From Camelus dromedarius (lineage: Eukaryota), in NCBI RefSeq assembly GCF_036321535.1, contig NC_087437.1:54562001-54626000 (forward strand): a stretch of 64,000 bases of DNA. The letters are read 5' to 3'. Shown in pieces: positions 25,351 to 37,290 of this stretch. Position numbers and translations under genes: made by a program. The notes beneath the pieces were generated by a model that had not been told where the DNA came from, did not search any database, and was given only the letters and a program-made list of their open reading frames with translations. The stretch's first letter is position 1. Every line of letters starts with the position of its first letter.

Positions 25351-26769
25351 AGCTTTTGATTTCTGAATTACTCTGCTCACCCCTGGTTCCCTCTCCTGCC
25401 CTTCTTTGCTTACCTTGCATGTGAGAGCCGAGGACCATGTAGTGGCTGGAAGGGGTGCTCTGTCCCCACTTCTTTCTCCCACTGGCACCTGTAGCCAGAG
25501 CCCTTGAGTGTGTGCTCTCTTCTTCTGACCTCTCACCAGATTTTAAATTGGCTCTCAAGGCTGAATTCGCTGACAAGCACCTTCTAATGGTTCATTGTTT
25601 TTCATGGTTTGCTTGGTTTATCACCAATGAGGGACAGCTTGACATTTACTTTCTTGTCTGTCGGATTCAGATCTCTTCTCGGTGTTTCTCCACACTTAGC
25701 AAAGACTCCATGACCATATGAATTGAAGCAAGTGCCATTCTGCAGATCCGTCATAGTACAATATGTTAAAATAAGATCTGGAGGCGTACTTGAGGATTTG
25801 GGAGCAGTCTAAGAGGTTTGGAGACAGTTGTGGCCTTCACATCTTCTGGTGGATGACGCTGGGCACAGCCTAGCCCCTTAAAATCATCATGCTCTCCAGG
25901 GACCTGCCTCAGCCCAGGGCACTTATATTATTGGTGCTTAGCATTTTTGTATTACTTTACATTTGCAAAGTGCTTCCCAGTGATTTATTAGCTGTTCTTG
26001 TTTTTAACAGCCCCTGGAGGTAAGCTGATATTCAGCCTTCTGAGAACACAAATGCATAGAGAAGGCTCATCTCATCAGATATTATTGGACCTGGGGTCAG
26101 GACTCTGACCTCCTGGGATAAGGCCATTTGGGGTTATTGCCTCATACGGATTAATAGGAGATCAAATGGACTTAACTTTAGCTCCCAGAGTCTCTCAGGC
26201 AGGGGTGGAATGACGGCAGCTATTTAAGGAAATTACATAGAAGTCATTATCAAAAGACCTGGATTCCAGTCCTGACTCGGTTGTTGACCGTCTGTATTGA
26301 CGTTGAATAGTCTCTTTGCCTATGGCTTGGATTCACTGTCTGGTAAAACAAGAGTTGTCTCCCGAGTCCCTTTAGATCCAACATTGCATTAAATACAGTT
26401 CTATGACTTTGAACCCCTTTTTGGAAGGAGTAGCCAGTGAATTAGACGACAGGGAACCTGGATATAGATCCCAGCCAGGAGGGGATGTGTATTCTAAAGG
26501 TGTTCACCTTCTTTTTTCCAGGATCCAAGGACAACTTGACAATGATAAGCTTTCACATTCATTTTAAGAAGTGCATTGTCCTCATTCACTATAAAACTGA
26601 GGTAGTGAGCGGAGCTGCTAGAGAAAAGTCAGGCTAGAGCCAAGACCATCAATCCTGCATCTTATGGATGTTGTAGAAAGCAATTAGCCGGCTTGATTAT
26701 CTCACTGGTTCAACACACGTTTTAGGGATGTGATGTAATGCGAGGAAACATTTAGTTGTCAGATTTTAG

Positions 26770-27140
26770 GGCTGCATCAAATTTATTCTTGCAAGAAAAG
26801 TCTAGTTGTCCTGGCAACCTGAAATTGATTTTCTTTTTGCTCTTGTCAGCTGAAACTGGTCCCCTTTGAATCATTCCTCTAATTTAATATAGAGAACTGT
26901 GTGTCCTCACCTGGTGACCAAATCGTTCTTAATGACAGGTAACCCCAGCAAATGGTTCCTCTCTCCTACCTCAGCCAGAGGCTGTAGTTTATTACTGCGT
27001 TCACCCTCTGTTGTTCGCTTTGTGCTTATTTACTTGTCCGTGGAGTCAGGTGCGGAAGTAAAGTGGCATTCAATTAATTAAGAGTTCAGTCAGGCCTGTA
27101 GAGCAATGATGTAATTGGCAGCCAATCACAGCCTTTGGCT
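26770..27140. promoter_or_regulatory. Candidate enhancer (dense transcription-factor motif cluster)
   Basis: RFX-like GTTGTCCTGGCAAC 26805-26818, CAGCTG 26847-26852, TCF/LEF CCTTTGAA 26863-26870, TEAD CATTCC 26872-26877, ETS CGGAAGT 27053-27059, TTGGCAGCCAAT 27115-27126. Confidence 0.45.
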
Positions 27141-27787
27141 TCCAGTTCCTTCCTGGGCAGGGGTGGGATTAGAATGGACTCCAGGAGAGGGAGTCCTTTA
27201 GCGGGGACATCTAGCATTCTGTGACCTGGGGAGGGTGATGTAATGGCCCAGATGACACAGAGAAGACGGGGGCTTCATCTGTTTTCTGCCCCTGTCAGTC
27301 ATCTCTCTCAAGGCAAGGGGGATGATGTTTAAGCTATGGAAGGTAGAGTCGACATCATTAAGAAGAAATCGATGTCCGCGGCAGAAGAGGAGGTTGCAAG
27401 AGAGCAGTTTGCTGTACTGAATGATTGCCAAGTTCATGGGCCACACGTACTCATCTCAGGATACAGAGGAGAGCATCTCATGGTGACTGTGGAAGGGCTG
27501 CCAGTAATTCTGAGGAAACCTGGAAACCAGCAGAAATGCCAGAAGTGAGAGATGAGGAAACAGGTATCAGTTATTAAAAAAAAAAAAGTCAACCAGTATC
27601 CAGAGTCCAGAATCTGCTGACTTTATTACGATTCCTGGTATGACTCTAGACTGGCTTCTTCGACAGATGATTTGTGAGTCTCTGAAAGGAAGCTGTGTTC
27701 ACCAGAAGCCAGAACAGGGTCACTTAGCCACTTAATCTCCTTTTGCTTGAGTTAATCAGCTGGTGGCTTAGAGTGATATCACAGACA

Positions 27788-28030
27788 CAGTGTAGACGGT
27801 GCAGGCTCTGGAGTCATATTGCCTGGGTTTCAATCCAGAGTCCTCTGCTTAGTAGCCACCCCACCTTAGGCAAGTTGCTTAATTTCCATGACTTAACTTC
27901 CTCTTCTATAAAATGGGGCTAATGATGAGGACTGAGGAAGGATGCTGTGAAGACTCAATGAAATAATGCATATGAAGTGCTTAAAACAACACCTTGCACA
28001 TATGAAGCATTTAATAAATTTGCTCTCATT
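27788..28030. mobile_element. MIR SINE (near full length)
   Basis: 'ggctctggagtcatattgcctgggtttcaatcc...accttaggcaagttgcttaa...ctataaaatggggctaat...aatgcatatgaagtgcttaaaaca'. Confidence 0.85.
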
Positions 28031-29039
28031 ACTCTTAGTAGGGAGATATTTGAATTAAAAGAAACATTTAAAACTCTTTTAAACATTTATAGATAAGGTG
28101 GAGACACAGAGTGGATTCTAAAATAGGCAGTGGGTTAATTTTTGGGTCCATGAATGCACACTTTTTAGTAACATGGGTAGAGAAGCTTCAAATTTATGCT
28201 GCAGGGGTGAGGATGCAGGCAGGGGTGAGTTTGTGACCCTTCTTCAACTTACCAAACCCCTTTCTAGTCCCTCATCCTTTTTTTTTTCCTCCCAGGAAGG
28301 AGCTAGCATTAAAAATCTACTGTCTGTCTAGTTTTCCCCCATACATTTGTAGTCCTATAAATATATATTTACTATTTGGTTTAAAAAACTCAAAAATTAT
28401 TTGTACAAAGTTTACATTCTTTGTCCTTTCAGAAAATACTATCAAAATGGAAACAGCCACCTGGAGCTGCGGTGCCACGGCTGACTGAACAGTCACCCTT
28501 GTGTCTGCAGGGAGGGTGCTACCTACGCTGTGTCCTCCCTGTGGCCTTGGGCGGCTCTGCGTTCTTTCTTCCTCTGTACCTTCCTTCCTTTACCTGCCCA
28601 TCCCTTCCCTTCCCTTCCTTCCTACCTTCTCTCCCGCCCTTGCTAACCACCTCCCTGCCTTTCTTCCTCTCTCTATTTTTTAAAAATCTCTGTCTCATCT
28701 AAAAGTGGGTCTTCGTGGCGACGCTTCATGTGATGTTTTAGGCCTTTGGAGAAGCAGGCTTTGGCCACCTGGTTCTAGCTCTGAAGTGTCAGGCCTCCAC
28801 CAGTATCCTTTCTTGGGCTTCTGTTTCCTTGTCTTCACACTGGAGCTGTGATAACACATCCAGCCTCAAGAGGCCATGTTGGGGCACGAGTGATGCGTGT
28901 CTCATGTGGTTCCTTGTTCTGTCTGTGGGGTGATAGGAAGTTGGTTTGCATACATACGCATATTCCTTAACTTTTTTGGAGGGGTGGGTTTTATTTTGGT
29001 GGTGCGCCCTGAGAGTAGTGAGCTCTGAGCCTCAGTCAT

Positions 29040-29490
29040 GAGCCTTGCCGTGTGTTTTTCTGGCCTCTCAGTGTCCTTAATATACGTGATAAGTCTGCAC
29101 AGGGCCCTACCCGATCTGACTTCAGGCTACCTTTCCACCTGCTCTCTGACTCCTCCCGTCCACCCCATGCTCGTACTGTGCATCCCATGTCGGGGGCCAT
29201 CCTGCGTGGCCGGCCGTGGATGCCAGGCCACATCCTTCCATACCCAGCTCAAATTCCCCCTTCTCAGAAACATCAGCTTTCTTGTTTGGATTCAGTCACT
29301 CCCCTCCTCCATTCCCCCTCCCATGTTTTGTATTTTCAGAAACACTTTCACAGACCACCTTGTATTTTAATGGGTGATGTCTGTATCTGAACTCTGATCT
29401 CCAGAGGGCAGGTATCTCTGAGTCTTTCAAGCCTAGCTCAGTGGCTGGCATTTATAGGCACTCTGTAAATATGTTTTAAGTTGAATTACT
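29040..29490 (+). mobile_element. L2 3' region
   Basis: 'cagctcaaattcccccttctcagaaac...ctccagagggcagg...cctagctcagtggctggcatttataggcactctgtaaatatg...gttgaat'. Confidence 0.65.
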
Positions 29491-30209
29491 AAGGAGGCCT
29501 GCAGGGTTGCAAGGTTATCAACAGTTAACCCAAGGAACTGCAGGGGCTCCTGGAACAGGTTTAGGAGCATGTAGCTTTTAAGAGCAGCTATCAGCTTTTC
29601 CCCGGCTCCTTCTTAACCCTGCTTCTCTAGAGGCAGAGGGAAAGGTGACTTCTGCTTAAGATGCTGGTGACACTCCCAGTGAGATTAGGTCAGGATGCAC
29701 CATCTCTTCCCTGTCAGGTTCTCATCCCTATCTCTCAACTTGTCAGAGTAGCAACCTTCTTTTTACTGGAAAAGATTTGCTTTTGGAGAGGAGAAAGTGG
29801 TTGACAGGATGGCCTCTGAATTTCTGACTTTGATTATGAACCTTCTTGAAAAAGACTTCACAGTTGTCCCTGCTCTAAGGAAGGCGGATAAGCCAAGGTG
29901 CTGCGTTTGTGAACCTGAGTGAAATTCCATTCTTGCTTTGTGACTCTGGCTCTCGGGAACAGCTCAGGGTCAGGCCAGGCTCACATGATGTGCTCTGGAA
30001 ATCCACCTCCAACCATCAGCGTTGGCATCCCAACACGATTGGTTCTGTTGAAACACCTTTTCCTGACTTGCAGTGCAGATTCTGCATGTACTGTTGAATG
30101 TTGCTTCCAGTGACTCAGGCACAGAAAAAACGTTTGTGTTTAACATGCCATAGATAGAGACTTTAGGTGGAAAGAAGATGTGTGATGCAGGGGAAAGACA
30201 AAAGGGCAA

Positions 30210-30355
30210 GTCCAGGACACCTGGACCAGAGATCCATTGTGTGATGTGTGGCCTTAGTTTCCTGATCTGTAAAATGGGACACTAATAATTACCTGGAAGG
30301 ACTGTTATGTAAATGAACTGAGATTATTTAGGTAAAGCGTCTGTCAGGGCATTGG
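30210..30355. mobile_element. MIR SINE fragment
   Basis: Core 'gccttagtttcctgatctgtaaaatggga'. Confidence 0.7.
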
Positions 30356-31196
30356 ACACTTTTAAAGAACAGGGTATGCCAGTGAACGTGTATAGACTTG
30401 GGTAGGAGCTGAGGCTCCTGGAGCCGTTAGAATTAGGGTGATTTACATAACTTCAGTGAGACCGAATTACTCAACCTGTCCGAGTCCCAGTTTAAATAGA
30501 CTTTGTTTGGGATTAAATATACCTTGCCTGACGAGTTGTGAAGATTTGAGAACATCTGTAAAAGGCTTAGCACAGTGGTGTTTCAGCATCTGGCCAGGGA
30601 TGGACCCTGGCTTGTCTGGAGTGGTGATGTGTGCGCTCTGGGGTGATGTGCCTCAGCGGTGTTGACTGAAGTTCCCCCTGTAGGCATCCTTCCTTCCTGT
30701 ATGCAGGAAGGCACAGAGCCTTTCTCTCTAGACACTGGACCTGCAAAATAGACTTGGTTATGGAGATACTGATATTAGGAGGATCTAAGCCAGAGCCTGT
30801 ATGGAGAAGTGCGGCCAGGAAGTTTGCAGGGTGTTTTATGAGCTCTCACATGAAGAGCTGCGGAAGAGCTGGCAGTCTTTTACTTAGAGATGGATTTTGG
30901 GTGGGAGGGGAGGGTTGAGATTGGTGTGGAGAGATGAATTAGTGCTTGTCCAGGGTGGAAGTGACCATGCCTAACATAGGGGACTGATAGGTGAGAGTGA
31001 AGAAGCCAGGCTTAGCAGAGGATGGGAATTAGGAGGCTCAAGGAAGAGGTGGAGGGTTCCAATCGGAGTACTGAGGGCAGAGGCTTGAGATAACTTTGGG
31101 AACAGTTAGGGTGTAGCTGCGGGACTTCTCAGGGTAAGAAGGACAGGGGCTGTCTGTTGTCACCATCCCACTAGGGAAAAGAAGGCATGGTCCTAG

Positions 31197-31270
31197 GTGT
31201 GTGTGTGTGTGTGTGTGCATGCATGCATGCATCTATGCATGTACATGTATGTGTGTGTGCATGAGTGTGT
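31197..31270. repeat. (TG)n/(CATG)n alternating purine-pyrimidine tract
   Basis: Directly visible. Confidence 0.9.
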
Positions 31271-33699
31271 ATTAGTAACAGGACCAAAGAGGCTGGGGAC
31301 TTACCCAAGGCCATACAGCTAGGAAACAGCTTTCATTTGCTTAAAGTGCTAAGTTTAGTAATGACTGTGAGTGACAGAAATGGGCAGGGGGAGCGTGTAG
31401 GGAAAGGGCCTCGGCCCCATTTCCTGCTCCCTCCCAGGCAGGTAGTGAGTAGGAGTTTTAAGTTTCACTGTTTGATAGCATCACCTCCTCTGCTTTCCCA
31501 GAAATTATTCCTCGAAGTATGACTCGAATCGTTACTCTGTTGGGAGATGTCTCAGTTCAGAGCTGACTTTCTGCTGTTGTTTACGAAAGACATGGTGGCC
31601 CTGGCAATTCAAAGGTGACATATTCAAGTGGAAAGAACAGGGGATCTGAGTGCTGGCCCTGCTTTTAGAGACCAGTTAGAATTGGACAAGTGATGACATT
31701 TCTTAGTGCCTCGCTTTCTCCTCCTGTAAATTGGAGGATAATGATTCCTAGTTGATACATTTGTTGTGGCAATGCTTTGCAAATTGCAGTATTGGTCCTG
31801 GTACAACAGAGATAAAGGGGTGTCTGGACTTGAATTTTGTTTCCACACGTATGAAGCAGAGGGGAGTTGGTGAATTGGTGTGCTCCATGGCTGGTGCGAG
31901 TCTTTTTAATGGTAAATAATACCAGCATTTTCTGATTTTGGAGTCGGGGTATCTTGGAACACTGTGATTAATGACTGTAGAATCTACTGACTGCTTGGTT
32001 GACCCTGCCTTGGGCTGATCACCTGTCCCAGCATTTCCCCCACTCCCCGGGCTGTGGGCTGAGGATCTCCTAGTTCTTGTGTTATCTGGGGGAAGTTTCG
32101 GAACTTTTAGGCCTTTATTTTTCCATCTGCAAAATGGGGATAATGATTAGCTCAGCTTTGTCTGCATTGCGAGGGTTTGCTGAAGAAAGGGATATGAAGA
32201 CCCTCTGTAAGTTGTACTGAACTCTGTATTTTTCGAGTCTGTTTTCTCTCTCTTCTCCCTTCTGCTAAGGTCCAGGGGACAAGTTTGGTCTTGAAGAGGC
32301 CCAACGGCTCAGAGGAAGAAACGGGCTGATAGAGAAGGGTGACTCTCCAGGGCCCCAGAGTGAATTGGAAGCCTGGGATCTGTGCCCAGTTTTCTCACAA
32401 CAGGTCAGATTCCTCCATTCGGTGCAAGCCTGATTTGTCCACACAGAAGACCTAACCAGGGGGAGAGAGAAACTTCTGGAAGGGATGTTAGCTCCTTGAA
32501 GCCTTGAAGTCGAGGGGCGCAGTCTCTGGTATGACTGCTGTGGGTATTGAGGCTCCTGTTCACTGCCCCTCATGTCCAGCATTGACCCGTAACTTGGGTA
32601 TTTGGGTTTGAGATGTGTCAGCAGGCGCATGACCTGTGTGCACTTGGCAGACGGCTGGTGTTAGTCAGAAGGCAATCTTGAACCTGGCTCGTCTTGAGCC
32701 CAGAACCCACATGATCTGGATGGATGAGAGGGTCTGGTGAGACTGGTCTGATCCTTGATTGATTATGGCAGCTTCGGGAACACAAGATTTTCTCTCATAC
32801 TGCTTTATGGGGTTCATAGGAGACTCAAAGGAGAGAAGGATTTTTTTGGTGAATAGTACTGTGGTATTCAGATAGCATTCATTTCTGCTGCTGAAAACAG
32901 GCAGCTGACTTCCCTTCTTTACTCCTTCCCCGAGCTAATATATGGATCCCCAAAAAACCCAGTTAAATTCCTGAGAACAGTTGGTCAACAGTCCAGTCTT
33001 TTTTTTTTTTTTTTTTCTTTAAATCTGGTGTCTGAGGTCTCTGAATTTAAGCCTGGACCATTTCAAATATATATTGTGGATACTTGGTATGAAGGACCCA
33101 CGTTAATGTAAATCAAGGTCCAAGTTCAAAAATCCCAGGCTCTCCCTCCATGCCTACCTAGGCTCATAGCGTCCAGCTCTTCATGGGCCCTGGGGCTTTG
33201 GCCCTTATTTTTGGTATTACCTGGGGAGATTCGCTTCTCCTGGAGATTTGATCATTGTTCTCAGAAGGTCCCTGTTTCGGAAGCTGAGGAAAACTGAAGG
33301 TTTTCCATCGGGAGACGGGAAAGATCAGGGAGAGAAGCCAGCTCTTTGGATCCTCCATTCCCTGCTCTTTCTGACACATCAGTCTTCTCTCCTGTCAGGT
33401 GAAGAGAGAAGACAGATGGTTTGACAAACAGTTCTTGTCGCTGTCAATCTGCCTTCTCTCTCTGCTCAGAAAGGCAGTCCTTACCTTCCCTTTTTTAGGG
33501 GGGGAGGCTAGGTCGGGTGGGCAGAGAGGATGCCCAGAGGGTGAAGGAGGGAGACCTTTCCCTGCGGGTGCTTTCTGGGGCAGAGATGACCAGGAGGCTC
33601 TCGTCTCTCTGTTGAGAAGCAATGCCAAGGCAATGAAGAATTGTCACCTTGCATTTAAGGCACAACGAGGCCTAGAAACGGCAGGCTGTATTAGGAGAC

Positions 33700-34100
33700 A
33701 ACATCGATTTCATATATATTCATCTGAAAAAAAACATGTTTAGGATGTCATATCCATAAATACTAATAAGGCTGTCTGATTCCAATTTTCAGGTGAGATT
33801 AGCATTTTATTGAGTATTTTATCTGTCAGATTCAATACTCGATGTTCCATCCTCCCAGGCTTATTAGCATAATTGCTGTGCTTAAGCAACAATAAAAAAT
33901 GCAGCAGTAAAATAGCAGTTAGTGCAGGCAATTTGTTATCAAAAGCTTTTACTTAAGGACAGCTCCAGCCTGCATTTGTTAGCGAGTTAGGGTTATAATT
34001 TATTTTTATTTGGAGAGACAAAAGGAGGGGGAGATTTTGCTTTTTTGTTTTGGAAATAATAGAGAAATTAAAAAGCATTGCCTCTCTGGAAAACTGTCTG
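33700..34100. promoter_or_regulatory. Repeat-free AT-rich block resembling a conserved non-coding element
   Basis: High complexity with many TAAT/ATTA cores, AACAAT and TGTCAG motifs, and no transposon signature. Conservation not tested. Confidence 0.35.
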
Positions 34101-35349
34101 CATCCCTTCTTCCTGTGCCGAAAGCAGCCTGGCCTAGGCATAAATGCCGCTTGGGAGGCGCGTGGCTCAGGCAGAAGTCGCTCTCCTCGGACTTGGAATA
34201 AACAGGTAGTAATGCCCATTTCTGTTTATACAGATGTTTCCAAAACACTCTCACATCTCTTTTGTTGGTTAAGTCTCACACCGGTCCTGTGAGGGCTCCC
34301 CTCTGAGCCTAGGGGACTGAGTAGAAATGGCTTGTTTCAGACAGGGGAGTTGAATGGCAGAACTGGGCTGCAAATCTGGTCTCCTAGCCCCTGGTGACCC
34401 CTCACCCAGCTGCCCCAAAGTCCTGGTGTGGCCCTCTTCCCTCTCCTGCCCGGTGGTGGGTGGTCTGCATCCCAGCTCTTTTGCATAAATACATACATGT
34501 GCATGGACATGTGCACACAGAGACACACACCTATACACGCAGAGTCGCCTGCGCACACGTACAGACACGTTTTTTTTTTGCTTTCCCCAAAATTTAATGA
34601 TGTACTTTTACATCTGTGTTTCCTTTGATGTCCTGGTTGAAGCAATTGAACTTACGAACTTTGTGTTTCTTTTATAGATTTATATAGATTTATAATCTCT
34701 CTCCCTCTTTCTTTTTCTCTCTTTTCCTCCCTTTCTCTGTCCCTCTCTCCTCTGTCTTGCTTACTAGTGACTGACTCAGGAAAGCCCTGTGACTGCCCTC
34801 TGTGAAAGAGTGAAGGTCCTGGTGCAAAATGTGATTTTATAAGTAATGTAGTCTTTGTAAAGAAGACAGACATAAGATTTAAAAATGTTGAGGTTGGGAA
34901 ATCATTTTTCTTTATTTGTTGAGAAATATATCAGAAATAAGTAAGGACATGAAATTGAGGCTCTTTTGTGTGCTTTAGGCTTCAGTTATGGGTAATAATT
35001 TTCAAATTAAAGGTAACATTTTGAGTGAAAATGGACAACTAAAGCTCCCAAACTTTCAGAGAAGTTCCCTCAGCGTCTCAGATTTTCTTCCCTCGGTAAG
35101 TTCAGAGAAAGATGATACGATCATTGACTCTGAACGTCTCTAGTGTGTGGAATATGTCCTGGCCGCTGTGGGGCTTAGGGACTAGATCAGAGAGGGCTGT
35201 GAGACTCAAGACATGTTTAGACTATCGGAAAGGAAATTTATAACAGATAAAGGTCATTTTTGTTTTTGAGCAGCTCTTACATGATTGGAACCCTAGTAGG
35301 GACTTTTCTTAGGTTATGCCATTTTATTGTAATATTTCATTCATTATAA

Positions 35350-35600
35350 GTGAATTTTTATTGAGCACTTAATATGTCTTGGTCATTGTCATAATGTTTT
35401 ACCTGCATCATCATCTCGTTTAATTTTGATAACAATCCTCGAGGTGGTGGTGGGTACTATTATCATTGTTCTCATTGGTTAAATGAGGAAACTGAGGCAC
35501 AGAGAGGCTCAATAACTTGTCCAAGTCACACAGCTGGTAAGTGATGGGACCTCTCCGGTCTTCCTGTCTCCTAAATGTGTGTTCTTTTCACTGCATCACT
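35350..35600. mobile_element. MIR SINE (near full length)
   Basis: 'tttattgagcacttaatatgt...aaatgaggaaactgaggcacagagagg...aacttgtccaagtcacacagctggtaagtg'. Confidence 0.85.
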
Positions 35601-35979
35601 TGGCAAAAATGAATGAGTAGACAGCGAGGTAGACAAGACAGTGTCCATGATGGTTAGAGGACTGTGTAGTTTGTTGATGTCAGAGCTGGGGCAGAACCTG
35701 GATGTCTACAGAGATCACTAAGCTTGAAATTGGGCAGGAGTTCAAATCTTACTGTACTTCTCAGTGCACTTCTTAGTGCTTGTTAAAACCTTGGTTAACC
35801 TCTAGGAGTCTTGTTGTCTTTCTTTGAATTAGGGATAATAGAATGTCTCTGCCAGTGTCACTGTGAGAATAAGTTAGAAAATGCATGTGAGAGCCTCCAG
35901 TGGTGCCCGGCTCCTGGTGGGTGTTCGGCCATTGTCAGGAATACCCAGCAAGGGGCGGCCTGTGGATGGCGAGGAACAG

Positions 35980-36175
35980 CCATCAGAGCCAGACTGTCCA
36001 CTCCATGAGGTTCTAGAACCTCAGGCAAACCACTCCATCTCTCTGTGCCTCAGTGTCCTCATCTACAGAATGTACTTACCTCATAGGGTCCTTTGAGGGT
36101 CAAATAAGCTAAACGGTAATTTAAAAATATACGTAAAGTGCACCTAACGGTGCCTCCGCAGCAAGCCATCTGTAG
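35980..36175. mobile_element. MIR SINE
   Basis: 'agagccagactg...ctctctgtgcctcagtgtcctcatctacagaatgtacttacctcataggg'. Confidence 0.75.
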
Positions 36176-36873
36176 GTGTTAGCTCTCACTATTCCATCCC
36201 ACTGCAGGGAGCAAGGACAGACACCCGGGGAACAGTTTTGGCTTGTTGTAGGACCCTGGCCTTCTCACTTAAGGACTGGGAATCAGATTAGCCTGGGATA
36301 TAGGAATTGTGTTTGCACAGCCACTCATGACCTTGGAAAAGTTTTGGCTTCTCTGTCCTTGATCTTTGCTTATCTGTAGATGGTAGTTGAGAGAGTGGAC
36401 TTCAGATGATGGAGTGTGCGTGGGGACTGGAAGGCGTGCGCGTCCTTCATAAACTGCTTCCTGGAGCGACGCCCTGTGGCTCCTGAGGGTCAGTTTGCTG
36501 ATTGATGATGGCCTGCAGGGTGGAGTTTTCCTGTGTCACCCAGGCAGGCTCTGTCTTCCCTGAGTCTGCATGTGCCTGGGTCCTGTCTTCAGAGCTGTCC
36601 CCATTTCCCTCATCTCCAGAAGGAGACTGGGGCCACCTCTTCCTTGGACCGTTTCTCCTGCACCAGAAGGAGGTGGGTGGGGGTTTTGGCATATCACTTT
36701 TTGAAAGGTGATATGCTCTAACACATTTCACACACCTTCAAAGCATAAGAATATGCTGAGAGACATTAATTTGGAAGTTGTGCTGCCGAGGATAGCGCAA
36801 AGATGGAAGATTCTTCGGGATCTGGTGCTCTCTTGGGCTGTTGTCTACACAGCACTTATCCTTACAAAGCTCA

Positions 36874-36923
<50 letters not shown>
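36874..36923. repeat. Compound microsatellite (TG)n(AG)n
   Basis: Directly visible. Confidence 0.95.
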
Positions 36924-36924
<1 letters not shown>

Positions 36925-37064
36925 CTTCCTGGAACTGGTAGTGCTAATTTTGGGGGGTGTTTCCTTGGCTTATTCAAAATAGAAACAGAAAGGCAAAAGT
37001 GTTTGTTCATGTCATTTAAAAATGTCTTTATGGGAGAGGATGTTAAGATAATACCTTACCTTGT

Positions 37065-37290
37065 GAATACCTTACATTGTATATGGGGCTTTATGGTTTT
37101 CAAAGCATTTACATACACATTTTCTTATGTGTGCCTTGTGGCACCCCCACGAGTTAGGCAAGGTGGAGCTTGTCATTCATTTCCCTTTTAGAGATGATGT
37201 AACTGAGGTTCAGAGAGATGAGATGAGTTTTCTTAAAACAGCGATGGATGCAAACTCAGAGCCTTTAACTCGGGCTGCTTTCTGCTTCAC
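37065..37290. mobile_element. MIR SINE
   Basis: 'gctttatggttttcaaagcatttacatac...ccctttttagagatgatgtaactgaggttcagagag'. Confidence 0.7.

Noticed and set aside
26522..26600. Possible exon ttttttccag|GATCC...GAG|gtagtg
   Set aside because: The donor is weak, two frames are closed, and the open frame is not recognisable.
32270..32403. Possible exon after a pyrimidine tract, with one open frame (PGDKFGLEEAQRLRG...)
   Set aside because: It has an AAG acceptor, a weak GTCAGA donor, an unrecognised peptide and no partner exons.
20115..32653. Exact 18-mer gtgtgcacttggcagacg at 20115 and 32636, and exact 17-mer ttgtttccacacgtatg at 31837 and 44637
   Set aside because: These are isolated matches with no extension into the flanks and no array structure. 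Occasional matches of this length are plausible by chance in 64 kb of biased sequence.
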